Shown piece by piece: positions 9,878-22,967 of a DNA stretch of 64,000 nucleotides. The stretch covers positions 160,001 through 224,000 of the forward strand of contig CAVPCQ010000011.1 of the NCBI GenBank assembly GCA_963702425.1, given 5' to 3'. The DNA is from an uncultured Acidobacteriota bacterium (GTDB lineage Bacteria; Acidobacteriota; Polarisedimenticolia; J045). Positions within the stretch are counted from its first letter, which is position 1. Each line of letters starts with the position of its first letter. The position numbers and the translations under genes were made by a program. The notes under the pieces were generated by a model. It was given only the letters and a program-made list of their open reading frames with translations. It was not told where the DNA came from and did no database searches.

Positions 9878-10891
9878 TCAGCTCCCCGCGCCGAAGATCT
9901 GGTCGAAGGTGCCGCCGTCGGCGAAGTGCAGCGCCTGGGCCTTCTCCCAGCCGCCGAAGACCTCGTCAATCGTGATCAGCGTGACCTTCGGGAAGGTGGC
10001 TGCGAACTTGCCTGCGACGGCCTCGTTCCGCGGGCGGTAGTAGTGCCGGGCGGCGATCTCCTGCCCCTCGGGTGTGTAGAGGAATCCCAGGTAGGCCTGC
10101 GCCAGGGCCTTGGTGCCCCGCTTCGCCACGACCTTGTCGACGACCGCGACGGAAGGCTCGGCCAGGATGCTGACCGACGGCACGACGATCTCGAACTCCC
10201 CCGGCTTGAGGTCCTTGACGACCAGGAGAGCCTCGTTCTCCCAGGCCAGCAGCACGTCGCCGATCCCGCGCTCGACGAAGGTCACGGTCGATCCGCGGGC
10301 CCCGGTGTCGAGGATCGGCACGTTCTTGAAGATCCCGCGCAGCAGCTCCTTCGCGGTGGCCTCGCTCCCGCCCGGCTGCCGCAGCGCCCAGGCCCACGCC
10401 GCGAGGTAGTTCCAGCGCGCGCCCCCCGAGGTCTTCGGGTTGGGGGTGATCACCGAGACGCCGGGCCGGGCCAGGTCGTTCCAGTCCTTGATCTTCTTCG
10501 GGTTCCCCTTGCGGACCAGCAGGACGATCGTCGAGGTGTAGGGCGCGCTGTTGTCGGGGAGGCGCTTCTGCCAGTCGCGCGCGATCAGGCCGGCCTTGGC
10601 GATCGCGTCGACGTCATAGGCCAGGGCCAGCGTGACCACGTCGGCCTCGAGCCCGTCGATGACCGAGCGGGCCTGCTTGCCGGAGCCGCCGTGGGACTGC
10701 CGGATCGACAGCTCCTCGCCGGACTTCTCCTTCCACTGTTTCGCAAACACCGCGTTGATGTCCTGGTACAGCTCGCGGGTCGGGTCGTAGGAGACGTTGA
10801 GCAGGGTCTTCTCGGCCGCGAGCGTCGGGGCCGAGACGAAGACGGCGGCGGCGAGTGCGGCGGCCAGCCGGAGCAGGTGACGAACGGGCAT
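9878..10891 (-). CDS. sbp: Sulfate-binding periplasmic protein
   Basis: [38 protein letters not shown] and [11 protein letters not shown]. Confidence 0.96.
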   Translation of the reverse strand: MPVRHLLRLAAALAAAVFVSAPTLAAEKTLLNVSYDPTRELYQDINAVFAKQWKEKSGEELSIRQSHGGSGKQARSVIDGLEADVVTLALAYDVDAIAKAGLIARDWQKRLPDNSAPYTSTIVLLVRKGNPKKIKDWNDLARPGVSVITPNPKTSGGARWNYLAAWAWALRQPGGSEATAKELLRGIFKNVPILDTGARGSTVTFVERGIGDVLLAWENEALLVVKDLKPGEFEIVVPSVSILAEPSVAVVDKVVAKRGTKALAQAYLGFLYTPEGQEIAARHYYRPRNEAVAGKFAATFPKVTLITIDEVFGGWEKAQALHFADGGTFDQIFGAGS

Positions 10892-10922
10892 GCGGAGGCT
10901 CCTTCTCTCGTGTCGTGGCGCG

Positions 10923-12320
10923 CTAGAACGAGACCTGGAAGCGGGTCAGGTAGACCAGCTCGCGGGCGCGGTCGCCGCCCTCGGGGGCGCCGCCCCGGAA
11001 CGTCGTCCGGCAGGCGTCGACCATCCAGCGGAAATTGCGGCTCAGGTACCAGTTGACGCCGGCGCCCCACTCGGACGCTTCCTGCGCCGAAACGTCGGGG
11101 TTGGCGAAGATCGGGAACGCATCGGGGTCCACGCTCAGCACGCCGTACCGGAAGACGAGCTCGACGGCGCCCCACTGCTTCGACTTGAAGTCGATCGGCT
11201 TCTTCGGCGAAACCCCCTTCCACGACTCGACGTCGTCGGTCAGCAGGACCGCTCCCGTCGCCTCCCAGGCCGTGTTCTTCAGCCGCGCCGTATCGGTGCC
11301 GCGGCGGACCTCGGTCGACGAGGAGACGTACTCCGCTTGCAGCGCAAAACGACCGTACGTCCAGTACCCCTGGGGCGAGAAGCGGCGCCGCAGGCCGTCC
11401 GCGACCGTCGCCGCCGGGAGCGTCGTGCCGATCCGGTAGGTGAAGAACGGGACCTGGCCCGCCGAGCGGTAGGGGGCGACGCCGGGTGCGGCGAGGCTGC
11501 CGTAGGTGTTGCCGTAGGTCCCGGCCACCGCGAAGAAGAGCCCCTGCAGCCCGTACAGCGAGCTCTTCTTGAACGGCTGGACCGAGAGCCGGGCCGCGAA
11601 GTCCTTGTAGTCGTTCGTGTCGCCGTCGGTGCTGCCGCCGTCCGGGACGCCGTCGAACACGCCGACCTCGTACCCGAACACGCCGTCCGCGACGTCCCCG
11701 TGCAGCGTGATCCCGATGTCGCGGTTGGGGACGAGGTTGTTCGGCAGGGCGCGCTCGACGAACCAGAGGTCGTTGGCCGACTGCAGCCGCTCGAGCCCGA
11801 AGGGGACCTTGTACTTCCCGATCCGGATCCTGAACTCCGGCGCCAGCCTGACGTCGACGTAGGCGTCCTGGATCACCGTCCTCCCTTCGCCGAAGTCGGG
11901 CATCAGCTTGTAGTCGAAGTACTTCGCCACGGTGCCTTCCAGCGTGAGGCGGGCGCGCCTCAGGAAGAAGGTGTCGTTGTTGTCGATCAGCACCGCGGGC
12001 GCCTCGTCGAAGAAGCGGCCGTCGATGTGGATGTAGCCCTTGATCTTCAGCACGTAGGCCCCGTCAGCCGAGCGCGCCGCGAAGCCGTCCTTCCCGATCG
12101 TGACCTTGGCGGCTTCCTTCTCCTTGGCCGCCGCGGCCTCCTTGTCGAGCTCGTCCTTGCGCTCGAGGATCTTCAGCCGCTGCTCCAGCTCCTCGATCTT
12201 CTGGGCGTCGGTCTGCGGCGCCGCGGGAGCCGAGTCCTGGGCGAGCGCCGCGGGAAGGGCGGCCGCGAGGACGGCGGCGAGCAGCGCGGTGAAGCGGGTC
12301 GTCAGGCGTGCGGGTGTCAT
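10923..12320 (-). CDS. OprO/OprP-family anion-selective porin
   Basis: Signal peptide and coiled coil; [28 protein letters not shown] motifs; C-terminal RFQVSF. Confidence 0.88.
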   Translation of the reverse strand: MTPARLTTRFTALLAAVLAAALPAALAQDSAPAAPQTDAQKIEELEQRLKILERKDELDKEAAAAKEKEAAKVTIGKDGFAARSADGAYVLKIKGYIHIDGRFFDEAPAVLIDNNDTFFLRRARLTLEGTVAKYFDYKLMPDFGEGRTVIQDAYVDVRLAPEFRIRIGKYKVPFGLERLQSANDLWFVERALPNNLVPNRDIGITLHGDVADGVFGYEVGVFDGVPDGGSTDGDTNDYKDFAARLSVQPFKKSSLYGLQGLFFAVAGTYGNTYGSLAAPGVAPYRSAGQVPFFTYRIGTTLPAATVADGLRRRFSPQGYWTYGRFALQAEYVSSSTEVRRGTDTARLKNTAWEATGAVLLTDDVESWKGVSPKKPIDFKSKQWGAVELVFRYGVLSVDPDAFPIFANPDVSAQEASEWGAGVNWYLSRNFRWMVDACRTTFRGGAPEGGDRARELVYLTRFQVSF

Positions 12321-12330
12321 GCCACTCTCC

Positions 12331-14208
<1,878 letters not shown>

Positions 14209-14387
14209 GGCGCAATACCGTCCTTCGTGGCCGGAGTGGCTGGCCGGCCTTCAATCTCCCCGGTTGGCGGTGATCGCGGTGGGAGAATGCGGGTGACAAT
14301 CCGGTGCAGGACCCTCCCCGGGGCCTCCGGGACACCCCGGGCGAAGTCGCGATAAACTCGGGTCCGACATTCAGTTGGAGCGGCGCG

Positions 14388-15369
14388 ATGGCCTGGGAAT
14401 ACAGCGAGAAGACCAAGCGGATCTTCATGGACGCGGTGCAGGGGAAGCCCGGCACCCATCTCGGCGAGATCGAGAACCCGGACGGCTTCGGCGAGCACGG
14501 GTCGATCGCCTGCGGCGACGCGCTGCGTTTCACCTTCCGCGTCGAGCGCCACCCGGACGATCCGCTCCAGGACCGGATCGTCGAGGCGCGCTACCTGACC
14601 TTCGGCTGCACCTCGGCGATCGCGGCCTCGGAAGCGCTCTGCACCCTGATCGAGGGGGGCGGCTACTCGCCGGTCGGCGCGCTCAAGATCACGAACCACG
14701 ACATCGTCGAGTTCCTCGAGGGGTTGCCGGAGCAGAAGATCCACTGCTCGGTGATGGGAGCCGAGGCGCTCGAGGCCGCCGTCTTCAACTGGGCCCAGAA
14801 GCGGGGCGTCGACCTCGAGGCGCTGGGGGTCGACCTGCACGCCGAGGACAAGGAGGAGGGGCGGATCGTCTGCCAGTGCTTCACGCTCTCCGAGCCCTAC
14901 ATCAAGCGCAAGATCAAGGAGCTGGGGCTGAAGACGATCGCGGAGATCACCGGCGCGATCAAGGCGGGCGGGGCCTGCACCTCGTGCCACCACAAGCCGG
15001 GCGGGCCTGCAGGACCTGCTCGACGACGCCTGGGGCCGGAAGGGGACCAGTTTCGTGTCGCTGCCGGAGTTCCCCGCCCCGCGCGAGCGGGCCGCGGCCG
15101 AGGCCGTGGCGGCGGCGACCGGACGGTCGGCCCTCTCGCCGTTCCAGTTCGCCAGGCAGGTCGAGCGGTCGCTCGACGAGTACGTCCGCCCGCTGCTCAA
15201 GCGCGACGGCGGCGACCTCGAGCTGGTCGACGTCAAGGACACCAGCGTCTTCGTGCAGCTGAAGGGGGCCTGCGCCGGCTGCCCGAACTCGACGCAGACG
15301 ATGAAGCTGATGATCGAGCGGACGCTCAAGGAGATGGTCGACGAGCGGATCCGCGTCGTAGCGGTCTGA
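14388..15369 (+). CDS. nifU: Three-domain Fe-S scaffold NifU (one extra G near 15003)
   Basis: IscU-like domain (CGD, FGC, KIHCSVMG), BFD-like domain (CQC..GGACTSC) and Nfu domain (RPLLKRDGGD..GACAGC), the last in the next frame; removing one G joins them (KPGGLQDLL). Confidence 0.9.
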
Positions 15370-15382
15370 GAACGGAGCGGCG

Positions 15383-16597
15383 GTGCTGACCTACCTCGAC
15401 AACAACGCCACGACGCCCGTCGCCCCCGAGGCGCTGGAGGCGATGCGGCCGTTCCTCGAGCACGAGTTCTACAACCCCAGCTCGGCCTACGAGAGCGCGC
15501 GCGGCGCGTCCGATGCGGTCCGGACCGCGCGGCGGACCATCGCGGAGGCGCTGGGCGGGGTCGCGCCGGACGAGGTCCTGTTCACCTCGTGCGCGACCGA
15601 GAGCCTCAACGCGGCGCTCTTCGGCGCCGTCCGCGCCAACCCGGCGCGGCGGCACGTCGTGACCAGCGCGGTCGAGCACCCGGCGGTGCTGGAGGTCTGC
15701 AAGGACCTGGCGCGCGACGGCCTCGAGGTCGATGTCCTGCCGGTCGACCGCGCCGGCCGGCTCGACCCGCGCGCGCTGGTCCGCGCCGTCCGCCCCGACA
15801 CGCTGATCGTCGCGCTGATGCACGCCAACAACGAGACCGGGGTCGTCTTCCCGGTCGCGGAGCTGGCGCGGCTGACCAAGGAGATCGACCCGTCGGTGCT
15901 GTTCCTGACCGACGCGACCCAGACGATGGGCAAGCTCCCGCTCGACCTGGCGGGCGAGCTGGCAGCGGTCGACCTGCTGGCCTTCTCCGGCCACAAGCTC
16001 CACGCGCCGAAGGGGGTCGGCGCGCTGTTCGTGCGGCGCGGCACCCGCATCCGGCCGTTCATGGTCGGCGGGCACCAGGAGTCGGGGCGCCGGGGCGGGA
16101 CGGAGAACGTGGCCTCGATCGTCGCGCTCGGGGCAGCCGTCGCGCTGGCGCGCGCGACCCACGACGACGACGAGCGGCGGATCCGTCGGCTGCGCGACCG
16201 GCTCGAGGAGGGGCTCCTCGCGCAGCTCCCCTGCGTCGAGGTCAACGGCGCCGGCGCCGAGCGCCTCCCCAACACGCTCAACCTCTCGGTCCACTTCATC
16301 GAGGGCGAGGGGATGCTGTTCGAGCTCAACCGGCACGGCATCTGCGCTTCGTCGGGCTCGGCCTGCACCTCGGGCTCGCTCGAGCCCTCGCACGTGCTGC
16401 GCGCGATGCAGGTCCCCTTCACCGCGGTCCACGGCTCGGTCCGCTTCTCCTTCAGCCGCTACAACACCGACGCCGACGTCGACCGCGTCCAGGAGGTCTT
16501 CCCCGAGATCGTCCGCGGCCTGCGCCGGCTCTCCCCCTACTGGGACCCCGCGCACGATCGGCCCCGCCCGGAGGCGGAGCCGATGATGCGGGGCTGA
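15383..16597 (+). CDS. nifS: Cysteine desulfurase, NifS/IscS group I
   Basis: YLDNNATT, SGHKLHAPKGVG (PLP lysine) and SSGSACTS (catalytic Cys). Confidence 0.95.
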   Translation: MLTYLDNNATTPVAPEALEAMRPFLEHEFYNPSSAYESARGASDAVRTARRTIAEALGGVAPDEVLFTSCATESLNAALFGAVRANPARRHVVTSAVEHPAVLEVCKDLARDGLEVDVLPVDRAGRLDPRALVRAVRPDTLIVALMHANNETGVVFPVAELARLTKEIDPSVLFLTDATQTMGKLPLDLAGELAAVDLLAFSGHKLHAPKGVGALFVRRGTRIRPFMVGGHQESGRRGGTENVASIVALGAAVALARATHDDDERRIRRLRDRLEEGLLAQLPCVEVNGAGAERLPNTLNLSVHFIEGEGMLFELNRHGICASSGSACTSGSLEPSHVLRAMQVPFTAVHGSVRFSFSRYNTDADVDRVQEVFPEIVRGLRRLSPYWDPAHDRPRPEAEPMMRG

Positions 16598-16625
16598 GGC
16601 GGGCGCACCGGGTACAATGTCCGTG

Positions 16626-16847
16626 ATGACCCAGCAAGCGCGTCAACAGGCCGCAGACCGGCTGCGACTCGCGATCGACATGGCCGCGACGGGCGAGGCG
16701 CTGATGCGGGCGACGCTGCGCCGCCGCCATCCGGAAGCCAGCGCCGGCACCATCGAGCAGATGATCGTCGCCTGGTACCGGCAGCGTCCCGGCGCCGAGC
16801 TCGGCGACGCCGAGGGCCGCCCCGTCCCCTGGCCGCGGTCACGATGA
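16626..16847 (+). CDS. MenA1-like antitoxin (Rv0078B-like)
   Basis: AADRLRLAIDMAATGEALMR..LRRRHP...AW..RPGAELGDAEG resembles recalled MenA1; stop overlaps the toxin start. In-frame alternative starts at 16617 and 16623. Confidence 0.8.
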   Translation: MTQQARQQAADRLRLAIDMAATGEALMRATLRRRHPEASAGTIEQMIVAWYRQRPGAELGDAEGRPVPWPRSR

Positions 16848-17443
16848 ACCGGCTCGAAACGACCCTCCGCTCGATCTCGGCCGACCTCTCCGGGAGCCAC
16901 ACCCGATGGGCGCTGGTCGGCGGCCTCGCCGTCTCGGCCCGGTGCGAGCCGCGCTTCACCCGTGACGTCGACCTGGCCGTCGCGGCGGCCGACGATCGGG
17001 AGGCGGAGCAACTCGTCACCGCTCTCGTGCGGCACGGCTACTCGGTCGTGGCGTCGCTGGAACAGACGGCGGCGGGACGGCTGGCCTCGGTCCGGCTCGC
17101 CCCGCCGGGCGAGGCGGTGGCCGGCGTGGTTGTCGATCTGTTGTTCGCCTCCTCCGGCATCGAGCCCGAGATCGTCGCGTTCGCCGACCGGCTCGAGATC
17201 TTCCCCGGGCTCGCGCTGCCCGTCGCTGCGATCGGGGACCTGATCGCGCTGAAGCTGCTCGCCCGCGATGACATCCGACGCCCGCAGGATGGCGCGGACC
17301 TGGTCTCGCTGATCGCCGTCGCGTCGAACGCCGATCTCGCGCGCGCCGCGGATGCGGTCGCTCTCATCGTCGCGCGGGGGTACCAGCGCGACCGCGACCT
17401 CGCGACCGACCTGCGCCGGCTGCTCGGCCACGGTCGAACGTAA
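16844..17443 (+). CDS. MenT1-like nucleotidyltransferase toxin (AbiEii/DUF1814 family, Rv0078A-like)
   Basis: [38 protein letters not shown] and [18 protein letters not shown]; collinear with recalled M. tuberculosis MenT1. Confidence 0.88.
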   Translation: MNRLETTLRSISADLSGSHTRWALVGGLAVSARCEPRFTRDVDLAVAAADDREAEQLVTALVRHGYSVVASLEQTAAGRLASVRLAPPGEAVAGVVVDLLFASSGIEPEIVAFADRLEIFPGLALPVAAIGDLIALKLLARDDIRRPQDGADLVSLIAVASNADLARAADAVALIVARGYQRDRDLATDLRRLLGHGRT

Positions 17444-17589
17444 CTTCGCAGCTCGCCGCGAGCTCCCCCTGCCGGGACCCCGCGCACCGGCGGTCCCGGT
17501 CGCGGTGGAAGAGCCGGGGGTGCTTGAAGGACAATCCCGGCCACGCTCGGCAGCCGGCCGGCCGGCCCGCGCTCCCCACCGAGGACCCC

Positions 17590-19606
17590 ATGCCCTGGAC
17601 CCCCGACGCCACCGACCTGCTCGCCGTCAACACGATCCGCACGCTCGCCGTCGACATGGTCGAGAAGGCGAACTCGGGCCACCCCGGCCTTCCGCTCGGC
17701 GCCGCGCCGATGGCCTACGTCCTCTGGCAGCGGCACCTCCGGGTCAACCCGGCCGACCCGAAGTGGCCCGACCGCGACCGCTTCGTGCTGTCGGCGGGCC
17801 ACGGCTCGGCGTTGCTCTACGCGCTCCTGCACCTCGCCGGCTACGACCTGCCGCTGGACGAGCTGAAGGCCTTCCGGCAGTGGGGCTCGAGGACCCCGGG
17901 CCACCCCGAGTTCGGCCACACGGTGGGCGTCGAGGCGACGACCGGACCGCTCGGGCAGGGCTCGGCGGTCGCGGTCGGGATGGCGATCGCGGAACGGATG
18001 CTCGCCGCGCGGCTCAACGCTCCCGGGCTGCCCGGGATCGTCGACCACCGCACCTTCGCGCTGGTCTCCGACGGCGACCTGATGGAGGGGATCTCGTCCG
18101 AGGCCGGCTCGCTCGCCGGTCACCTCGGGCTGGGGAAGCTGGTCTATCTCTACGACGCCAACTCGGTCTCCCTCGACGGGCCGACGTCGGTGACCTTCAC
18201 CGAGGAAGTCGGGCGGCGCTACGCCGCCTACGGCTGGCACGTGGCCGAGGTCAAGCACGGCGACACCGACCTGGCGGCGATCGACGCCGCGATCGAGGCC
18301 GCGCTGGCCGTGACGGACCGGCCGTCGCTGATCGTCGTGCGGACGACCATCGGGTACGGCTCGCCCGCCAAGGCCGGCAAGGCGGAAGCCCACGGCTCCC
18401 CGCTCGGCGCGAAGGAAGTGGCGGCGACGAAGCAGGCGCTCGGCTGGCAGTACGCGGAGCCGTTCACGGTGCCGGACGCGGCCCGGGAGCGCTTCGGCGC
18501 GATCGGCCGGCGCGGGCTGGCCGCCCAGCAGGACTGGATGCGCCGGCTCGGCGAGCTGCAGGCGCAGGACCCGGAACGCGCGGAGCAGGCGCGCTCGACG
18601 CTCGCGGGGCAACTGCCGGAGGGTTGGGATGCGACGCTCCCCTCCTGGAAGCCGGGCGACGCGCTGGCCACGCGCGACGCGTCGGGAATCGTGCTGAACG
18701 CGATCGCCGAGCACCTCCCGGCCCTGGTCGGCGGCGACGCCGACCTCTCCGGCTCCACCAAGACGCGGATCAAGGGGAGCGACGATTTCCAGGCCGCGAC
18801 GCCGGCCGGACGCAACATCCGCTTCGGCGTCCGCGAGCACGCGATGGGGGCGATCGCCAACGGCCTCGCCTATCACCGCGGCCTGCGCCCCTTCGTCGGG
18901 ACCTTCCTCGCCTTCGCCGACTACATGCGCAGCCCGATCCGCCTCGCGGCGCTGGACCGGCTGCACACGATCTACGTCTTCACGCACGACTCGCTGGCGG
19001 TCGGCGAGGACGGCCCGACGCACCAGCCGGTCGAGCAGGTCGCCTCGCTGCGCGCGATCCCGGGACTGGTCGTGCTGCGGCCGGCCGACGCCAACGAGAC
19101 CGCCGCCGCGTGGCGCTGGGCGGTGGGCCGCGCGTCGGGGCCGGTGGCGCTGATCCTGACGCCGCCAGAAACTGCCGGTGCTGCCCGGCACGCAGCGGAT
19201 GGCGGACGAGGGGGTCGCGCGCGGGGCATACGTGCTGGCGGAGACCGAGGGGGGCGTTCCGCAGGCGCTCCTGCTGGCTTCGGGCTCCGAGGTCCAGCTG
19301 GCGCTCGCGGCGCGGGAGATGCTGGCGACGGCCGGGATCCGCGCGCGCGTGATCTCGGTGCCGAGCATGGAGAACTTCGAAGCGCAGGACGAGGCGTACC
19401 GGCACGCCGTGCTGCCGCCGGAGGTGCGGGTCCGGGTCGCGATCGAAGCCGGAATCACGATGCCCTGGTACCGGTACCTCGGTGACAGCGGCCGCGCGCT
19501 GGGCGTCGACGGCTTCGGCCACTCCGCCCCAGGTGAGCAGGTGCTCGAGCGCTACGGCTTCACCCCGGGGGCCGTCGCCGAGGCGGTGACGGCGCTGCTG
19601 CGGTGA
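17590..19606 (+). CDS. tkt: Transketolase (one extra C near 19162)
   Basis: [31 protein letters not shown] and GEDGPTHQP. Removing one base restores LILTRQKLP and joins the 19178-19606 C-terminal domain. Confidence 0.95.
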
Positions 19607-19614
19607 CGGCGCTG

Positions 19615-20079
19615 TCAGCTTGACCCCGTCCGGACCAGGCGGTCGCCGACGAACATCATTCCGGGGGTGCGCGCGGCGACCTCGCGCAGGAATCCGGCCT
19701 GGTCGCGGGGCGAGATCATCGCCGCGCCGAAGCCACCCTTCCGGCTCCGGAATCGGATCAGCAGCCGGTCGAGCGACAGCGCCGGCGCGGAGAGGATGCT
19801 GCGCGTCGGTCGGATCTCCTCGATCCCGTCGAGCGGGACCTTCCAGCGAAAGAGCCCGCTCCGGATCACCAGCTCCTGCTCGGTGAGCTCGTAGTAGAGC
19901 GGGAAGCTCGCGGCCAGGATCAGCGTGAAGGTGATCACCGAGATCGTGATCAGGTAGCTTCCCGCCCTGGCGTCGGTCCAGACGATGAGCAGGCCGGCGA
20001 TCAGCGGAAGGATGGCCGAGCCCCAGATCAGGGACACGAGCCAGGCGTCCTTTTTCGACGTGAAGACCCGCGTCATCAT
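19615..20079 (-). CDS. Bacterial PH-domain membrane protein
   Basis: FTSKKDAWL, two TM helices, YEL...LVIRSG and SAPALSLDRLLI..ISP.D. Confidence 0.8.
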   Translation of the reverse strand: MMTRVFTSKKDAWLVSLIWGSAILPLIAGLLIVWTDARAGSYLITISVITFTLILAASFPLYYELTEQELVIRSGLFRWKVPLDGIEEIRPTRSILSAPALSLDRLLIRFRSRKGGFGAAMISPRDQAGFLREVAARTPGMMFVGDRLVRTGSS

Positions 20080-20103
20080 CGCCGTCGCCCCCGGGCGCGG
20101 ACC

Positions 20104-20129
20104 GTAGGGGCCGGCCTCCGTGCCGGCCC
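20104..20129 (+). repeat. GTAG-family REP copy
   Basis: GTAGGGGCCGGCCTCCGTGCCGGCCC; hairpin GGGCCGGC/GCCGGCCC. Confidence 0.85.
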
Positions 20130-20140
20130 GCATCAGCGCG

Positions 20141-21712
20141 TCACGCCAGCTGCCAGACCGTGTCCAGCACCGTCCCATCGACCCACTTCACGACCGCGAC
20201 CGGGCGGTCGGTGAACCGGGCCGTACGCGGCTTGCCGCCGCACAGCCGCACGACCTCCGCCGCGATCTCCTCGATCGGCCGGATCGGCAGCCCCTTCCCC
20301 TGCACCGCCTCGAGCAGGTCGGTGCGGCGCGGGTTGACCGCGATCCCGCGCTCGGTGACCACGACGTCGATCAGTTCCCCCGGCCCGACCAGCGTCGTGA
20401 CCTCGTCCACCAGCACCGGGATCCGGTCGCGGAACGAGGGGACCGCGAGGATCGTGCACCCCGCATGCAGGCAGTTCTGCCAGCCGCCGATCCCGTGCAG
20501 CAGCCGGCCGTCGGAGTGCGTGACGACGTTGGCGTTGAACGCCAGGTCGACCTCGGTCGCGCCGAGCACCGCAACGTCGACCATCGAGGCGAAGCAGCCC
20601 TTGCCGTGGTCGTTGTACGAAGTGAAGGGGGAGGTCGCGACGTGGCGCGGATCGCTCGCGATCGAGTGGACCGCATCGAGGTCGAAGGTCTGGCCGTCGA
20701 GGATGAACTTCGTCAGCCCCTCGCGCAGCATCTCGACCAGAACCCTGGTCGAGCCGCCGCGGACGAAACCGGCCGTCACGCCGGCCTCGCGCATCATCTG
20801 CGCCAGGACCGGCACGAAGGCCAGCGCCGTCCCGCCGGCCCCGGCCTGGAACGAGAAGCCGTCCCGCATGATCCCGGCTTCCTTGATGAACCGCGCGACG
20901 TACTCGGCGATCAGCAGGCGGTCGGGGCTCTTCGTGAGCTCGGTCGTCCCGGAGACGATCTTCGCCGGGTCGCCGATCGACTCGACCTCCACCACGAAAT
21001 CGACGTTGTTCCCCTGGACCTGCCACGGCACGCACGGGAACGGGACCAGGTTGTCGGTGACGACGATCACCTTGTCGGCGTAGATCGAGTCGGCCAGTGC
21101 GAACCCGATCGAGCCGCAGGCCGACTTGCCGAGCGCGCCGTTGGCGTTGCCGAACGCGTCGGCAGCCGGCGCCGCGATGATCGCGATGTCGATCTTCACC
21201 TCGCCGTCCTGGATCGCCTGCCAGCGCCCGCCGTGCGAGCGGAGCACTCCCAGCCCGCGCATTTCGCCCCGCGAGACGAACTCGCCGATCGGGCCGTTCA
21301 TGCTGCCTTCGATGTGGTGCACCGTCCCGCGGCGCATCATGTCGATCACCGGCTCGTGGCACGGGAACGAGGCCGACGGGAACCACATCAGGTCGCGGAC
21401 CCCCATCTCCTCCGCGATCCGGAGCGCTTCCAGCGCGACGCGGTCGCCGTTGCGCAGGTGGTGGTGGGACGAGACGACCATCCCGTCCTTCAGCCCGCAG
21501 CGCTCGAGCGCCTCGCGCAGCGACCCGACGCGCTTGTCGCCGTTGGCCGGGTAGTCGGCGCTGCGTGCGATCCGGGGTCCATACTTGCGGCCGCGAGCGC
21601 GGTGCTGGCCGACCCCCTCGAAGGGCGTCTGGTCGCGGCCGTTGACTTCCGTCGGCACGCGTCGGCCGGCGGCGTTCTGCACGAGCTTGGTGCGCGTCGT
21701 CCGCTGGGCCAT
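20141..21712 (-). CDS. citF: Citrate lyase alpha subunit-like CoA/ACP-transferase
   Basis: SSHHHLRNGD, LRSHGGR, FSFQAGAGG, LGATEVD..FNANV.THSDG and VVKWVDGTVLD. Confidence 0.92.
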   Translation of the reverse strand: MAQRTTRTKLVQNAAGRRVPTEVNGRDQTPFEGVGQHRARGRKYGPRIARSADYPANGDKRVGSLREALERCGLKDGMVVSSHHHLRNGDRVALEALRIAEEMGVRDLMWFPSASFPCHEPVIDMMRRGTVHHIEGSMNGPIGEFVSRGEMRGLGVLRSHGGRWQAIQDGEVKIDIAIIAAPAADAFGNANGALGKSACGSIGFALADSIYADKVIVVTDNLVPFPCVPWQVQGNNVDFVVEVESIGDPAKIVSGTTELTKSPDRLLIAEYVARFIKEAGIMRDGFSFQAGAGGTALAFVPVLAQMMREAGVTAGFVRGGSTRVLVEMLREGLTKFILDGQTFDLDAVHSIASDPRHVATSPFTSYNDHGKGCFASMVDVAVLGATEVDLAFNANVVTHSDGRLLHGIGGWQNCLHAGCTILAVPSFRDRIPVLVDEVTTLVGPGELIDVVVTERGIAVNPRRTDLLEAVQGKGLPIRPIEEIAAEVVRLCGGKPRTARFTDRPVAVVKWVDGTVLDTVWQLA

Positions 21713-21721
21713 CACCGCCTC

Positions 21722-22918
21722 CTACGCCTTCGTCCGGCCGACGAGCGCGAGCGCCCGCTTGACCACCGGCGGATCGATCATCTTGGAGCCCAGGCTGACG
21801 ACGCCGAGCCCTCTGGCATGGGCCTCCTCGAACGCGGCGACGATCCGGGCGGCCTTCTCGAGCTCCGCCACGCCCGGTGCAAACCCGTCGTGGATCACCG
21901 GGATCTGCCGCGGGTGGACGCAGCCCATCCCCTCGAACCCCATCGCGCGCGAGCGCAGGGCCCAGGCGCGGAGTCCATCGAGGTCTCCGACGTCGCCGTA
22001 GACCGAGTCGATCGCCTGCACCCCGGCCGCCTTCGCGGCGTTCACCAACCGTTGGCGGGCCCAGAGCGTCTCCGCCCCTTCCGGCGTCTTCACCACGCCC
22101 AGGTCGGCCGTATGGTCTTCGAGGCCGATCGTGAGCGCGGCGACCGAAGCGTGCGCGCGGGCGATCGCGAAGGCGTGCTCGATCCCGAGCGCGGACTCGA
22201 GGATGGGCATCAGCCAGACCGGCGCGCGGCGGCGTGCGCGCCGCGCAACGGTCGCGATCCGGGCCGCCACCTCGCGCACCTGGGCCGCGCTTTCGACCTT
22301 CGGAATCAGCACGAGGTCGACCCCCTCCGGCACGACCGCGTCCAGGTCGGCCAGTCCGAGCGGCAGCTGGTTGATCCGCACCATCCGCTCCGCACCGCCG
22401 AAGTCGATCGTGCGCAGGGCGTTCCGCACGAGCAGCCGCGCCGAGTCCTTCTCCGCCGGGTGCACCGAGTCCTCGAGGTCGAGGATGACCCCGTCCGCGC
22501 CGTAGAGGGCGGCGTTGACCATGAACTTGGGCTCGGCGCCGGGAACGTAGAGACGCGAGCGCCGACGCCGCTCGCGCGCCGTCGGCGCGGGATCCGGGGC
22601 GAGGCGCGGCGGGCGCGCATCTCCCCCGGCGATCCCGGCCCGGCGCGCCGCCGCCTCCAGCCGCGCCGCGATGACGAACGGCAGCGCTCCGGCGTCGTCG
22701 AGTTCGACCCGCGCGTGTCGGACGCCCAGCAACTTCAGTAGCGCGCGGAGTTGCTCCTCGATCGACGCGCCGTAGTACGGTTTGACCTTGGACCGCATGG
22801 TGAGCGCAATACCGCCGGTCCGGCGAAGCTCGACGGTTACGTGACAGTCGGAGCGGACGTCCGGGCCCTGCCGGCCCGCTGATGTCGTTGTCGGCACCTT
22901 CGCCTTTCGAGTCGCCAT
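21722..22918 (-). CDS. citE: Fused citrate-lyase ACP (CitD-like) and citryl-CoA lyase (CitE-like)
   Basis: N-terminal RSDCHV..SKVKPYYGASI..DAGALPFVIAARLEAA (CitD-like), then RRSRLYVPG, LDLEDSV, GLED.TAD, HPRQI and KMIDPPV (CitE). Confidence 0.9.
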   Translation of the reverse strand: MATRKAKVPTTTSAGRQGPDVRSDCHVTVELRRTGGIALTMRSKVKPYYGASIEEQLRALLKLLGVRHARVELDDAGALPFVIAARLEAAARRAGIAGGDARPPRLAPDPAPTARERRRRSRLYVPGAEPKFMVNAALYGADGVILDLEDSVHPAEKDSARLLVRNALRTIDFGGAERMVRINQLPLGLADLDAVVPEGVDLVLIPKVESAAQVREVAARIATVARRARRRAPVWLMPILESALGIEHAFAIARAHASVAALTIGLEDHTADLGVVKTPEGAETLWARQRLVNAAKAAGVQAIDSVYGDVGDLDGLRAWALRSRAMGFEGMGCVHPRQIPVIHDGFAPGVAELEKAARIVAAFEEAHARGLGVVSLGSKMIDPPVVKRALALVGRTKA

Positions 22919-22941
22919 GGCCCCTCCTGGTCCACTCGATC

Positions 22942-22967
22942 GGGCCGCCACAGAGGGCGGCCCCTAC
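22942..22967 (-). repeat. Variant REP copy; its GTAG supplies the dehydrogenase stop codon
   Basis: GTAGGGGCCGCCCTCTGTGGCGGCCC with compensatory stem changes; TAG at 22966-22964. Confidence 0.8.

Noticed and set aside
14388-16597. Nitrogen fixation cluster
   Set aside because: Only nifU and nifS are present, with no nifHDK/ENB in the window; homocitrate synthase NifV is also absent.
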